Assembly: GCA_965220345.1 (NCBI GenBank)
Contig: OZ244822.1
Span: forward strand, 1,350,669 to 1,414,668
Length of the DNA stretch: 64,000 bases
DNA from: Candidatus Aldehydirespirator sp.
GTDB taxonomy: Bacteria; Actinomycetota; Acidimicrobiia; Acidimicrobiales; Aldehydirespiratoraceae
Direction of reading: 5' to 3'
Under the pieces are notes generated by a model, which searched no databases, was not told the origin of the DNA, and saw only the letters and a program-made list of their open reading frames with translations. A program made the position numbers and the translations under genes. Positions 1-10,278 of the stretch are shown here, in pieces (position 1 is the stretch's first letter; each line of letters starts with the position of its first letter).

Positions 1-379
1 CTTCCACGCTGGGAGGCAGCCCCGCCTCTACGGGATGCTCCGACAGGATGCGCTGAGCGAAGGAATGCAGGGTGCCCACTGCTGCGCCGTCGAGTTGCTG
101 CAAAGCCGTAGCGGCCTGTTCGCTCCCTAAGTCCGCAAGAGCTTCGCTGCTTTTGAGTCGACTGCGGATCCTGTCTCGGAGTTCGGCTGCGGCTTTCTCG
201 GTGAAGGTAATGGCTGCGATGTTCTCTAACGGCACACCCGAACCGATGAGTGCCAGCACCCGGTCGACGAGCGCTTTGGTCTTACCTGAGCCAGCTCCTG
301 CTTCTACGAACAGCGTGCTGCTCAGATCGGATCTGATTGTCTCGCGGTTTGCTTGGTCCGCCAACTGCGATGAGGTCAC
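1..379 (-). CDS. UvrD/PcrA-type SF1 helicase subunit of an AddA/AdnB-like helicase-nuclease (about 126 N-terminal codons; the gene runs off the left edge)
   Basis: Not in the ORF track because it is open at the window edge. My minus-strand translation from GTG at 379 reads VTSSQLADQANRETIRSDLSSTLFVEAGAGSGKTKALVDRVLALIGSGVPLENIAAITFTEKAAAELRDRI...GTLHSFAQRIL. This shows Walker A GAGSGKT, motif Ia TFTEKAA and TLHSFA. The GTG overlaps the TGA of the upstream gene (GTGA at 376-379). Confidence 0.85.
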   Translation of the reverse strand, partial: MTSSQLADQANRETIRSDLSSTLFVEAGAGSGKTKALVDRVLALIGSGVPLENIAAITFTEKAAAELRDRIRSRLKSSEALADLGSEQAATALQQLDGAAVGTLHSFAQRILSEHPVEAGLPPSVE

Positions 380-3300
380 GCTGCCCCCTCGACTGGATGT
401 TCTGCTGCTTGCGCTGCTGCCTGATCCTGCTCAGGATCGGGATCAACTTGAGTCTGTTCACGATTGGGATCAATGAGATCCAAATAACGAGCCATATCGG
501 GATCGTCTTGTTTGCGCTGCCAGTCGCGCCACTGGTCACGGGTGCCTAGACCATCGGGATCGCAAAAGTCACAGGAAACCCACGGCTGTCCGCTGGGTTC
601 ATCGGGATGCAACGGAAATAAGCCTTCACCGATCCCGTCAATGATGGTATTGACAGCTTCAAGCACCTGTTGGCGAGCAAGGTCGGTGGGGTAGCCGAAA
701 TCGTTGAACTGACCTTTGGTCGAAATGAACCAGTAGGCACCTTGACCACTTGCGGACTGCGAGACTTCGAGCAGCTCGCGGGCTGCTAGGTCATATATCA
801 CGAGCTGGAGATGTTGACCGCCGAGTGTCGGATCATCAGGGCTGAGCTTCTCGTATGCCTTGGCGGAGCCTGTCTTGTAGTCGATTACTAGCAGGCCTCC
901 GTCGGGAGTAATGTCAACACGGTCGATGGAGCCGCGAACATTCACAGAACGCTCTTTTGCGATTTCGATGCTGACAGGGCCGCTGGCGCTGCCGGGCAAT
1001 CCGAAGTTGAGTTCCGCTCTGGCGGGCTTTGAGCTGTAGAGAGAACGCTTCTCCTCGTCGAATTCCAAAAAGCGGACAAGGTCTCCCGTGATCTGGCGGC
1101 GATCGTGCTGCCAGTAGAGCTGGCGGCCGACCAGTCCACGAGCGGCGAACTTGTCGCATTCTTGTGCGGCTAGTTCAAGAAGTCGAGCTTGTTGCGGTTC
1201 GGGCCAATGCTGCACCGGCTCAGGCACGGTGTCTTCGGCGATGGCTTCTTTGAGCCAGAGTTCAAGAATGCGATGCACGAGGCTGCCGCGCTCCAGCGCG
1301 CTGATGCGGTAGTCGTCGTCGGAATCGTCAACTGGGTTGACTCTCAAGACGTAGCGAATGAAGTAGGCATGAGGGCATCGCGCCCACAACTCCAGCCGTG
1401 AAGCAGAGAGTATGGTGCCGTCAATGTCGGGATGCGATAGCTCCGCGCCTCGCAGCTTGCCTGCTGACAGGTTGCCGTCGAAGCGGGTCAATTTTGATGA
1501 CATACGGGCTCGACGCATCTCGATCCCTCGCCGTATTTCCGGCCGGTTTTGCACTTCTGGAATCTGACTGAGTTGGCTCCATCGGCTGGCATCGCGGTTT
1601 TTGGAGTCGTGCCAGTCGAGCAGGCGGCGCGTGTCGTAATCTTGCGCGTGAGCCGGGAAAGCTGTGCGACGCAGGCCAGCCACAAATGACGGCACCACTT
1701 CGGGTTCACCCACGTAGTCAAGCAGCCAGCGGCTCGGCGAGCGGTCAGCGGCTCGGCGCAGATCGCCTCTAGGGCATAAGAGCAGAGTCTCTTTGGCAGC
1801 AGCTAGCACGGCTAGCAGCGCCCGGTGATCATCGCCTGACCGGTCGCTTCGTGCGGGCAGATCATGACCAACGACACGCCGTTCTCGATCAGGCAGCAGT
1901 GTGTCGTCGCTGCGGCGAGCTGGGAAAGCACCCTCGGCCATGCCGCACACCACCGCAAAATCAAGCTCCAGACCGACCGCTAGACCCACCGGCCCCACAA
2001 ACACACCTGAGCCCAAGCGTCCGTGCTGGCTTGACGAGGTCCCCATCTCGTGGCGCAAAGCTCGTCTGAACACCGCCACTGAGGCTGGCTCTCCTGTGCT
2101 ATCAAGCTCGCTAAGCCACTTGATGGCTTGATCGACGCGGTTGGCCATTTCTCGTTCATCGTTGGGCCAACTGGAGCGGGTTCGGCCTCCGAGGTATTTA
2201 TGAACTAGGTCTTGACACCATTTGGATAGTTCGGCCCATGAGTGCAGCGGTGTTGACGGATTCAGGTCGCTGTGCAGTTCTGTCACAAAGCTGCGAAGCT
2301 CATCGGCTCTAAGGGCGTTGCGGCGCACCCTGTCTGTCTGCCACGACTGTTCTTCGTTGAGTTGCAATCGGTCGGCTTCATCCCGACGATCAGCGGCGTA
2401 GCGTTCGAGCCGCTGTTGCCAACTGTCGATGCCTGCTTCAACTCGGGCTGCCCGAGCGATTCGCTCCCAGGCTGCTGTGGGAGCGCTCTGCCATTGTTTG
2501 CTGGTTGAAGCACTGCCGGTTGAAGCGGAGTGGTTTGCGTCGGTTGTGTTAGCTGTGTCTGCGTCGGTTGTGTCGGCTGCGGTTTCGGAACTTTGATGAT
2601 CCGCTATTCGCACACTTGTGGGCGCGCCGGTCAGCCATGCCATCACAGCACGACGCGAGAACCCTCGTCCGTAAGGCTTCCGTTCATTTTGGTGCCCGGC
2701 TTGCTCGCTGTCGGCCAGTGCCAGCATCTCCAACAGAGAGCGACCCAGAAGTGATGTCTCCACAGTATGAACCGTTGAGCCGCATCGTGGGATGCCAGCC
2801 GCGTCTAAGGCATCGCCGATTAGACGGGCATACGGTGTATCAAGTCCGTAGAGAATGGCGCATCGACCCAGCGGCGTGCCTTTGCGGGTTGCGTCAACCA
2901 CGGCACGCAAGGCGTGTCGCACTTCGTCGTCAGCGTCGGACAAGCTCAACGCCCGCAGGTTGCCCCCCAGAGTTTCGTGGGCTGACAGTTCTGGATGGGG
3001 AATCGGCTGAGGGACAGCCTGGTTTAAGCCGAGGCGCTGCAAGCAGGTCCAGACGGCTGCGTCGGCATCTTGTGCCCCAGTGAGACCAGCGATGATCTTG
3101 ATGCCGATCGTTTCGGCCACTGCCCGCAACAGCAGCGTCTGAGTGCGAGTGAAGCTGTGAGGCAAGAACAAGATCACCAGACCAAGCTTCCGCTTTGCTT
3201 GATCAGGGTCGTTTCGCAGCAGTTTCAAGGCAGTCTCAGCCAAGTGTGTCGCAGAGGTGAAACCAGCATTGTCAAGGTCAGAGGCAACTTGGCGATGAAT

Positions 3301-3855
3301 CCTCACAACATCTTGGGCCCGCAGCGACTCGCCTGCGAGCTTCTCAAGCTGTGTGTCAGTTAGTTCCGAAAGCTCACGGTGCGCCCGTGCTATGGCCAGT
3401 TCGGTGGCAGGATGGTTCTCGACACCGCGAAAGTGCCCAGGATTTTCGCGCAGCGCCACACGAACCGTTGATGCGATGATCGCACTGCTAGCGCCTCGAT
3501 GCTTCTTGGGTGACATGTTCGTGGCTGCGAGCCGCTCGGCAAGCCTGTGAACAGTAAGGCAAGCCACAGCAGCAATCCCGCTAGTTGCAAACTGCTGACC
3601 GTCCTGAGTTTGCCGAACACCGTGAGGCAGTTGATCATCTTGAGACGGATGAGCGGCCAACGCTCGCCGGGCGGCCAAGCCCACATAGTTGCTCGGCACC
3701 ACCACAGTCACCGGTGCTAGGCAGTCACCAGCTTTAGCCTCGGCCACAGCATCAGCCAGCGCCTGATGTGCAGGCGCCCCGAAAGCCGTACGGGTCAGCT
3801 CAATCTTCGTGCCGTTCGTCGGATCACTCGCCCCGAAGGTCACCTCGTTTGCCAT
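376..3855 (-). CDS. AddB/AdnA-like RecB-family (PD-(D/E)XK) nuclease subunit of a two-subunit helicase-nuclease
   Basis: 1159-aa ORF. The C-terminal nuclease region has IDRVDITPDGGLLVIDYKTGSA (D...D-Y-K) and QLVIYDLA. Cysteines RCPHAYF ... SCDFCDP resemble the AddB Fe-S staple. The N-terminal region (VVVPSNYVGLAARRAL) lacks a canonical GxGKT. The gene is translationally coupled to the downstream UvrD-like gene. Confidence 0.8.
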   Translation of the reverse strand: MANEVTFGASDPTNGTKIELTRTAFGAPAHQALADAVAEAKAGDCLAPVTVVVPSNYVGLAARRALAAHPSQDDQLPHGVRQTQDGQQFATSGIAAVACLTVHRLAERLAATNMSPKKHRGASSAIIASTVRVALRENPGHFRGVENHPATELAIARAHRELSELTDTQLEKLAGESLRAQDVVRIHRQVASDLDNAGFTSATHLAETALKLLRNDPDQAKRKLGLVILFLPHSFTRTQTLLLRAVAETIGIKIIAGLTGAQDADAAVWTCLQRLGLNQAVPQPIPHPELSAHETLGGNLRALSLSDADDEVRHALRAVVDATRKGTPLGRCAILYGLDTPYARLIGDALDAAGIPRCGSTVHTVETSLLGRSLLEMLALADSEQAGHQNERKPYGRGFSRRAVMAWLTGAPTSVRIADHQSSETAADTTDADTANTTDANHSASTGSASTSKQWQSAPTAAWERIARAARVEAGIDSWQQRLERYAADRRDEADRLQLNEEQSWQTDRVRRNALRADELRSFVTELHSDLNPSTPLHSWAELSKWCQDLVHKYLGGRTRSSWPNDEREMANRVDQAIKWLSELDSTGEPASVAVFRRALRHEMGTSSSQHGRLGSGVFVGPVGLAVGLELDFAVVCGMAEGAFPARRSDDTLLPDRERRVVGHDLPARSDRSGDDHRALLAVLAAAKETLLLCPRGDLRRAADRSPSRWLLDYVGEPEVVPSFVAGLRRTAFPAHAQDYDTRRLLDWHDSKNRDASRWSQLSQIPEVQNRPEIRRGIEMRRARMSSKLTRFDGNLSAGKLRGAELSHPDIDGTILSASRLELWARCPHAYFIRYVLRVNPVDDSDDDYRISALERGSLVHRILELWLKEAIAEDTVPEPVQHWPEPQQARLLELAAQECDKFAARGLVGRQLYWQHDRRQITGDLVRFLEFDEEKRSLYSSKPARAELNFGLPGSASGPVSIEIAKERSVNVRGSIDRVDITPDGGLLVIDYKTGSAKAYEKLSPDDPTLGGQHLQLVIYDLAARELLEVSQSASGQGAYWFISTKGQFNDFGYPTDLARQQVLEAVNTIIDGIGEGLFPLHPDEPSGQPWVSCDFCDPDGLGTRDQWRDWQRKQDDPDMARYLDLIDPNREQTQVDPDPEQDQAAAQAAEHPVEGAA

Positions 3856-3864
3856 GCCCGCACC

Positions 3865-4884
3865 TTACGCCAGGGGTGTGACATGGGTCTTTTTGATCAT
3901 TAGGCGGATCCACTCGCCGGAGGTGATCGGCTCATGGTGTGGAGGATCATCGGGTGAAGTGCATGTCGGGATGCACTCAATAACCGCGTCATAGGCGGGC
4001 TGATGAAAGAACGCCACCGAGATACGGCTGCCGACGGCTTGTTCGTGGACCACCACCCGATGCTGAGTTGACACCCAGCGATCATTAGTCCATGCCGCCA
4101 TTAGATCACCGAGGTTCACCACTAGGGCATCAGCGACCGTCGGCACATCGCACCAGTCGCCTTCAGGGGACAGAACCTGCAGACCCGGCTGCCCGTCATG
4201 ATGCAGGATTGTCAAACTTCCCCAATCGCTGTGAGGGCCTCGCCGGTACTGCCCAGGCAGCGCAGGTGCCTCCAGTTCTGGATAGTGAAGCACTGTGAGA
4301 CCGGTGATGTGCTCAGCGATTTTGTCGTCGAACCAGTGTTCGTCCAGGTTCAGTGCCAGAGCCATCAACCGCATCAGCTCACCGGCCAGAGCCTCCAGTG
4401 CCGCATAGCAGTCGTTTAGAGCCTCTCGGAAGTCGGGAACTTGTTCGGGATCAGGCCACACGTTGGGAGCAAAGAAAGACGCTCGACCGGCATCTTGCCC
4501 AGCATGTGAGCCAGCCCGAGAAGCGTCAGCGGGATCATCAAAGCGGCTCACAGAAAAAGCCTCGGCCAAGTCAGGAGGAGTCACTTCGTCGTGAGCTAGC
4601 GCCAGCGCCGAACTGCGTAACGGCACATAACCAAGACGGTTCTGGTCATGGCGCACCCAAGACATCTTCACCTGCAACGGCAGCGCGAACAGCTGCCGCG
4701 AAACAGAGTCCACTCTCTGCAGCAGTTCTCCAGGGATGCCGTGACCGGTGATTAGCAGGAAGCCGACATCTTCGCAGGCTCGGCGAATGGCATCCACGGC
4801 ATCGTCTCGTTGAGCGCCCGGCTCGAAAGCACCCGACAGATCCACCAACGGCACCCGATCCGCCATAGATGAAGAAGAAGTCAT
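3865..4884 (-). CDS. 2-oxoglutarate/Fe(II)-dependent oxygenase (isopenicillin N synthase-like family)
   Basis: N-terminus VPLVDLSG...AIRRACEDVGFLLITGHGIP, and an HxD...H core (GPHSDWGSLTILHHD ... STQHRVV). The ORF is open to 4992, but ATG at 4884 (MTSSSSMADRVPLVDLS) abuts the stop of the upstream gene (4887) and avoids a 106-nt overlap. Confidence 0.8.
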   Translation of the reverse strand: MTSSSSMADRVPLVDLSGAFEPGAQRDDAVDAIRRACEDVGFLLITGHGIPGELLQRVDSVSRQLFALPLQVKMSWVRHDQNRLGYVPLRSSALALAHDEVTPPDLAEAFSVSRFDDPADASRAGSHAGQDAGRASFFAPNVWPDPEQVPDFREALNDCYAALEALAGELMRLMALALNLDEHWFDDKIAEHITGLTVLHYPELEAPALPGQYRRGPHSDWGSLTILHHDGQPGLQVLSPEGDWCDVPTVADALVVNLGDLMAAWTNDRWVSTQHRVVVHEQAVGSRISVAFFHQPAYDAVIECIPTCTSPDDPPHHEPITSGEWIRLMIKKTHVTPLA

Positions 4885-4886
4885 GT

Positions 4887-5282
4887 TCAGGGGAATAGGG
4901 CGCTGAGGCCGGTCCAGATCAGCCAAAGGCCGATGACGATGAACGGTCCTGGTATAGCGATGAACACGATCCAGGTCAGGGAACGCACCCATCCGGGCCG
5001 GTCAGCGAAGCGTCGCTGATGGAAGGCTGCGTCAAGTCGTTCAGCCTCCAGATCAGGCTGCTCAAGCCCCAGCAAGTCAGCGGCTACCTCAGCGACCTCC
5101 ACTCGCACCACCAGCAAAGCAAGCCGGTGAGTCATGTGATGAGGAGCCACTTCGCTGGCCGGATCAACCAGCACGGTCGCCTCATATCCGGCCTCCTGCA
5201 AGCGCGCCGCGGCGACATCAGCCTCAAAACGGCTGGGATACTCAGCGATGGCGACCATCCCCGGCAGCGGTCTCATCCTCAT
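4887..5282 (-). CDS. hypothetical membrane-anchored protein (small soluble N-domain plus C-terminal TM helix)
   Basis: 131-aa ORF in the same orientation as, and tightly packed with, the oxygenase gene. The C-terminal hydrophobic stretch WIVFIAIPGPFIVIGLWLIWTGL suggests a TM helix. No diagnostic motif found. Confidence 0.5.
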   Translation of the reverse strand: MRMRPLPGMVAIAEYPSRFEADVAAARLQEAGYEATVLVDPASEVAPHHMTHRLALLVVRVEVAEVAADLLGLEQPDLEAERLDAAFHQRRFADRPGWVRSLTWIVFIAIPGPFIVIGLWLIWTGLSALFP

Positions 5283-5359
5283 ATCGTGCCCGATTTACAT
5301 CAGATTCGTGCCCGATTCGTGCCTGTTTTGCGTTTCGCCTGTGTTTAAAGCGCAGAGAG

Positions 5360-6367
5360 ATGAAGAGGTTGTGCATAGGCTTGCAGAGTCTTCGAGGTCA
5401 GCGAGTAGTGTTCGCAACCGTGGATGCCGCCGTGATCGTGGATCAACTCGTTAAGGATTACGGCAAGGCCCGAGCAGTTGACGAAGTGAGTTTCGAGGTT
5501 GCTCGAGGCGAGATTTTTGCGTTGCTAGGACCCAACGGCGCTGGCAAGTCCAGCATCATCGAAATACTGGAAGGCCATCGTCAACGCACTTCGGGCACTG
5601 TGAGAGTGCTCGACACTGACCCAGAAACCGCAGGCAGCGACTTCCGTGAGCGGATCGGCATCGTTTTGCAGTCGTCAGGTATTGACCCAGAGTTGACAGT
5701 GCGTGAGGCGATCAACTTCTATGGTGCTGCCTACCAGAGACCTGCAGCATCCGACGAACTGATCGAGTTGGTGGAACTGCAAGACAAGGCCGACTCGCGC
5801 ATTTCTACATTGTCGGGAGGCCAACAGCGCCGCATAGACCTTGCGTTGGGGCTTGTGGGCGACCCTGAGGTGGTATTTCTGGATGAGCCAACCACCGGTT
5901 TTGATCCGGCTGCTCGCCGCCGGGGCTGGGAACTGGTCGAAAGGCTCGCTTCACAGCAACGGGCTGTGCTTTTGACTACTCATTATCTTGATGAGGCTGA
6001 AGCTCTAGCTGATCGTGTGGCTGTGCTAGCCAAGGGTCGCATCGTCGCTGAAGGCACACCGGCACAGTTGCGGGCTCGAGCTGGAGCGGCGTTGATCTCA
6101 TTTGTATTGCCTGATCATCTAGACACTGTGGCTGATCTTCTGGAGCCGCTGTCTGGTGAGATAGTCGGACGACAGCGCAATGTGCAGATCACGACCGACA
6201 CCCCGACTGCTGATCTTGCTCATCTGACTGGCTGGGCGCATCAGCGAAGCTTGGAACTGGAAGGCTTGACCGTCACCAAACCGAGTCTCGAAGACGTGTA
6301 TCTGGCTCTAGTTGAAGGTGACAGCGACAGCGACAACGACGCTGACAACAGCGACGGTGCCTCGTGA
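5360..6367 (+). CDS. ABC transporter ATP-binding protein (ABC-2/DrrA-like exporter)
   Basis: Walker A GPNGAGKSS, signature LSGGQQRR, Walker B VVFLDEPTTGFD, H-loop LLTTHYLDE. An alternative GTG start near 5420 (VDAAVIVDQL) is possible. Confidence 0.9.
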   Translation: MKRLCIGLQSLRGQRVVFATVDAAVIVDQLVKDYGKARAVDEVSFEVARGEIFALLGPNGAGKSSIIEILEGHRQRTSGTVRVLDTDPETAGSDFRERIGIVLQSSGIDPELTVREAINFYGAAYQRPAASDELIELVELQDKADSRISTLSGGQQRRIDLALGLVGDPEVVFLDEPTTGFDPAARRRGWELVERLASQQRAVLLTTHYLDEAEALADRVAVLAKGRIVAEGTPAQLRARAGAALISFVLPDHLDTVADLLEPLSGEIVGRQRNVQITTDTPTADLAHLTGWAHQRSLELEGLTVTKPSLEDVYLALVEGDSDSDNDADNSDGAS

Positions 6368-7242
6368 AGCGGCCACGAACACTTTCTGTAGGGCTTGCAG
6401 GGCTCAAACAGCTATGGCGTTGTATATGCCTACAGAATCGACTCTTTTGGCGCACCCCTATAGCGGCTTTCTTCACTTTGGTGTTCCCGATTTTGATGTT
6501 GGTGCTGTTCACCGCCATCTTCGGCAACGATGACTTCGACAGCGTTTATGGCCGGATCACCAGCAGCCAGTTCTACACACCCGGCTTAGCTGTATATGCG
6601 GCTGCTTCATCCACCTACACCGGTATTGGCATCAATTTGGCTAGCCGCCGAGAACTGGGCATTCTCAAACGTGTGCGCGGCACGCCATTGCCAGCCTGGG
6701 CTTACTTGGGTGGTGTGGTGCTGTCGGCTGTGTGGATCGCGGCTCTGGGAGTGACCGCCATGGTGGTGCTCGGGGTAGCGGCTTACGGTGTCAACATTGA
6801 AGCTGCCAAAGTTCCTGCCATGATCATCACCTTCGTAGTGGGAACCGCGTCGTTCGCAGCGCTCGGATTGGCTTTGTCGTCTTTGGCTCGCACAGTGTCA
6901 ATGGCAGTGCCCGCCGCTAATGCCACGCTTTTGCCGCTGGCGTTTATCTCCGACATCTTCGTGCCTTTCGGCACTGACATTCCGCGATGGTTAGATGTGC
7001 TCGGCAATGTTTTTCCGTTGAAACATTTCGGACGGGCTTTCAGCGAAGCGATGAACCCGTTCTCGCAAGCTCCAGCTTTTGAGTGGCAACGTCTCGCAAT
7101 ACTGTTGGCATGGCTGGTGGTCGGAGCTCTCGTGGCATCCCGAAAGTTCAGTTGGGAACCGCCTGTGCTAGCTGGGCGAAGCTCACGCCGCCGCAGCCGT
7201 GCCGGTTCGGCCGATATCGACACCGATACTGTTGCTGAATAG
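6364..7242 (+). CDS. ABC-2 type transporter permease
   Basis: Its start overlaps the ATPase stop by 4 nt. Contains multiple hydrophobic helices (FFTLVFPILMLVLFTAIFG, VVLSAVWIAALGVTAMVVLGV, etc.). Confidence 0.85.
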   Translation: MKRPRTLSVGLAGLKQLWRCICLQNRLFWRTPIAAFFTLVFPILMLVLFTAIFGNDDFDSVYGRITSSQFYTPGLAVYAAASSTYTGIGINLASRRELGILKRVRGTPLPAWAYLGGVVLSAVWIAALGVTAMVVLGVAAYGVNIEAAKVPAMIITFVVGTASFAALGLALSSLARTVSMAVPAANATLLPLAFISDIFVPFGTDIPRWLDVLGNVFPLKHFGRAFSEAMNPFSQAPAFEWQRLAILLAWLVVGALVASRKFSWEPPVLAGRSSRRRSRAGSADIDTDTVAE

Positions 7243-7310
7243 GGCGCTGTAACGCTGCTTAATGCGAGCCAGTCGAGCCCACGTTCAGGCGCAGTGGTCT
7301 AGTCTGGCCT

Positions 7311-8264
7311 TTGATGCCTGCCGACGCTGCTCATCTTGACAACTCTCGTAACGAGGATCACGACACCTCCTACGACGAGCTTGGCCTCTTTTGCGAGAAC
7401 GCCGAAGAACACGGTCTCGAATGGCGGGGACAGCCGGCGGTTCGCCGCGAGACACTGCGATTGTCTTCGGGGCTGAAACTGTCGGCTCTGGTTTGGGGAG
7501 CGAGCGCTCCCGAGCTGGTGCTGATCCACGGTGCCGCGCAGAACGCTCACACTTGGGACACCGTGGCGCTGGCTCTTGATCGCCCACTGGTTGCGCTTGA
7601 TCTGCCTGGCCATGGCCGTTCCGACCACAGACAAGATCATCATTACGGGCCTGTGTCAATGGCGCAGGATGTAGCTGTGGCAGTTGCAGCGCTGGCCCCG
7701 GCTGCTGAGGCGATCATCGGCATGTCTTTAGGCGGTCTCACCTCCATTTGTCTGGCCGCTGATCACCCGAACCTAGTGAAACGCTTAGGTGTCGTGGACA
7801 TCACTCCAGGCACAGACCACAAAAAAGCCGAGTCGATAATTGCATTTGTTGAAGGCCCTGAATACTTCGACAGTTTCGAAGCGATCTTGGAGCGCACCAT
7901 CGAGCACAACCCTTCAAGGAGCGTTTCGTCGCTGCGTCGTGGCGTGTTGCACAACGCTCATGAGTTGCCTGACGGGCGCTGGACTTGGAATTATGACCGC
8001 TTACGTGACTGGAAATCTGGTTCAGGGCCTGAGCCTGGGTTCGGTGAACTCTGGGAGAAGGTTTCGGCGATATCTGCCCCGACTGCTTTGTGGCAAGGCG
8101 GCGCTTGGAGCGTGGTCGACGATGATGATGTGGCAGAGTGGATGCGAAGACTGCCCAACACGGCGTATTCGTTGGTGGAAGGTGCGGGCCATTCGATCCA
8201 GGGCGACCGACCACTAGAACTCGCCGCACTAATCGAAGAACTCCTAACCCGCCCCGCACCCTAA
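7311..8264 (+). CDS. alpha/beta-fold hydrolase
   Basis: Oxyanion HG (LIHGAAQNAHTWD), nucleophile elbow GMSLGG, and C-terminal GAGHSIQGD. Confidence 0.85.
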   Translation: MMPADAAHLDNSRNEDHDTSYDELGLFCENAEEHGLEWRGQPAVRRETLRLSSGLKLSALVWGASAPELVLIHGAAQNAHTWDTVALALDRPLVALDLPGHGRSDHRQDHHYGPVSMAQDVAVAVAALAPAAEAIIGMSLGGLTSICLAADHPNLVKRLGVVDITPGTDHKKAESIIAFVEGPEYFDSFEAILERTIEHNPSRSVSSLRRGVLHNAHELPDGRWTWNYDRLRDWKSGSGPEPGFGELWEKVSAISAPTALWQGGAWSVVDDDDVAEWMRRLPNTAYSLVEGAGHSIQGDRPLELAALIEELLTRPAP

Positions 8265-8291
8265 TCTTCGCTTCCCGCTGAACTAGCCGAA

Positions 8292-9074
8292 CTAATGGCG
8301 GCCGGAGTTGTTGAAGTGGTAGCCGGTTGGAGTTATTTCTAGGCGGTGTCTTGGGCCTGGAAGTGAAGCATTTCCGCTTTCGTAGCCAGCGTCACCATGC
8401 CACATGCAGATCGGCCCGTGGTCACCATCAGCTAGGCGGGTGAAATAATCCCGCGGCTGTTGCTGGCTCAGCATTGTCAGTATCTCATCCACAGTGGCAA
8501 ACTCGCACAGATTATGAAGCGTCACCCAAGTGGGCGCAATCAACTCTATTTCTCCAGCATCGCAACGTCTTAGCGCCTCGCTGGGAGTCATCCACTCGTG
8601 GTGAATAATCTCGGTTTCATCAACGCGCACCCGATCATCAGGTGCAGATGCCGCAAAGAACCAGGTAGCGAAACGCTTCGGTGCGACAGGAGGCGGCACC
8701 CAATAAGAGAAATGCACCAACCGAGCAGGGTCAAGCACCAGCGATGCTTCCTCTTGGGTTTCGCGAACCGCTGCGGTGCGGGCGGCTATCAGCAAGTCAC
8801 CGCCGCTGTCATAGTCTTCGTCATCGATCCGTCCGCCAGGGAACACCCACATTCCACCGAAGGCAAGGCGCGAGTTGCGATGCAGCATCAGTGCCTCGGG
8901 CCCAGCTGAACTGTCGCGCAGCACCACCACAGTTGCCGCAGGAACAGCCGGAGCCTCGTTACCTCCAGCGAACTGTTGTCGCCACTTCTCAATAGGCAGC
9001 AACTCTCGCTGCCTCAATCTCGCATCATCGCTCGAAGCCGAAGCTAAAGCCGAATCCGCATCTGGGCCGCTCAC
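8292..9074 (-). CDS. NUDIX hydrolase
   Basis: Nudix box GGRIDDEDYDSGGDLLIAARTAAVRETQEEASL. Confidence 0.85.
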   Translation of the reverse strand: MSGPDADSALASASSDDARLRQRELLPIEKWRQQFAGGNEAPAVPAATVVVLRDSSAGPEALMLHRNSRLAFGGMWVFPGGRIDDEDYDSGGDLLIAARTAAVRETQEEASLVLDPARLVHFSYWVPPPVAPKRFATWFFAASAPDDRVRVDETEIIHHEWMTPSEALRRCDAGEIELIAPTWVTLHNLCEFATVDEILTMLSQQQPRDYFTRLADGDHGPICMWHGDAGYESGNASLPGPRHRLEITPTGYHFNNSGRH

Positions 9075-9087
9075 TTGATCGCACTGC

Positions 9088-10278
9088 TCATTTGATCACA
9101 CTGTCGGCTCGGAGTTGTTCAAGCTGATCGCCCAAGCCCAGTTCGGTGAGCACCTCGTCAGTGTGCTGCCCATGAATCGGCGATGAAGGTTCACGCAACT
9201 CTGCTGGTGTCACCGAGAAGCGAGGCGCAGGCCGCGGCTGGCGAACCCTGCCCATAGCCGGATGATCATGCTCGCTAAACAGCTGGTTATGGATCGCTTG
9301 AGCATCGCTGGCTAGGTCTTCCACGCCTAGCACCACACCGAAAGGCACCTGATGCCGATCCAAAGCCTCAACAGCCTGCGCTAACGGCATCTCAGCAGCG
9401 GCAGCATGAACCGCACGGAAAACTTCGCTGGTCTGCTCTTTGTTGCGCTGGCGAGCACCCATAGTGGCGACGCTCGGATCACTTGAGTCGACACCAAAAG
9501 CTTTGGTCATGCCGTGGAACTCGTCGTCGGTGAGTGCTGTCACCACCATATGCCCGTCGGCGAGAGCGATGGCTCGCTGATAGGCAGCAGATGACTGAGC
9601 GAGATGGCGTTGATCATTGTCGAGAGCCACCTCATGCGCCGCTGAATCAGCAAAAAGAAACGCAACAGAAGCATCAAGCATCGCCAACTCAATGTGCTGA
9701 CCACCAGAACCTCGCTCGCGGGCAAAAAGCGCTGCAGTGATGGATTGTGCGGCTGTGTAGGCAGTGATCTTGTCGGCAGCGACCTGACGCAAAAAGCGTG
9801 GCGACTTATCGTTGAGACCTGTCTGACTGCCGACCAGCCCCGACTGAGCTTGGATCACAGCGTCATAAGCCCGACGATGTGCATACGGGCCGTCAGGGCC
9901 GAAACCCGAAATCGACACATAGACGATATCAGGATTGCACGCTGACAAGTCGTCGTAACCCAGCCCGAGCCGATCAACCACCCCAGGACGCATGTTCTGC
10001 ACGAACACGTCAGCCTGCTTTGCAAGCTCAAGCACAATCGAGCGCCCCTGCGGGCGGGTGCAATCCACAGCAACAGAGCGCTTGCCGCGGTTGCACATCT
10101 GGAACATGGCCGAAATCCCACCGGAGGCCACGCCCACATAGCGACCCTGATCACCGAAGCGAGGCTCTTCCACCTTGATCGCCTCAGCTCCTTGATCAAC
10201 GAGCAGCCCTACCGCCAGCGGGCCGGTGACAGCCACCGACATCTCCAAGACGCGGATGCCGTTAAGAGGTCCAGGCAT
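9088..10278 (-). CDS. CoA-transferase family III (CaiB/BaiF-type)
   Basis: N-terminus MPGPLNGIRVLEMSVAVTGPLAVGLLVDQGAEAIKVE and FVQNMRPGVVDRLGLGYD are typical of family III CoA transferases. Confidence 0.9.
   Translation of the reverse strand: MPGPLNGIRVLEMSVAVTGPLAVGLLVDQGAEAIKVEEPRFGDQGRYVGVASGGISAMFQMCNRGKRSVAVDCTRPQGRSIVLELAKQADVFVQNMRPGVVDRLGLGYDDLSACNPDIVYVSISGFGPDGPYAHRRAYDAVIQAQSGLVGSQTGLNDKSPRFLRQVAADKITAYTAAQSITAALFARERGSGGQHIELAMLDASVAFLFADSAAHEVALDNDQRHLAQSSAAYQRAIALADGHMVVTALTDDEFHGMTKAFGVDSSDPSVATMGARQRNKEQTSEVFRAVHAAAAEMPLAQAVEALDRHQVPFGVVLGVEDLASDAQAIHNQLFSEHDHPAMGRVRQPRPAPRFSVTPAELREPSSPIHGQHTDEVLTELGLGDQLEQLRADSVIK

Noticed and set aside
72-476. 134-aa plus-strand ORF, and neighbouring short ORFs, over the left edge
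   Set aside because: It lies antisense to a minus-strand frame with unmistakable UvrD helicase motifs (GAGSGKT, TFTEKAA). It is a typical high-GC shadow ORF.
4885-4992. 36-codon N-terminal extension of the 2OG oxygenase ORF
   Set aside because: It overlaps the upstream gene. The internal ATG at 4884 abuts that gene's stop and precedes the conserved VPLVDLS start of the family.
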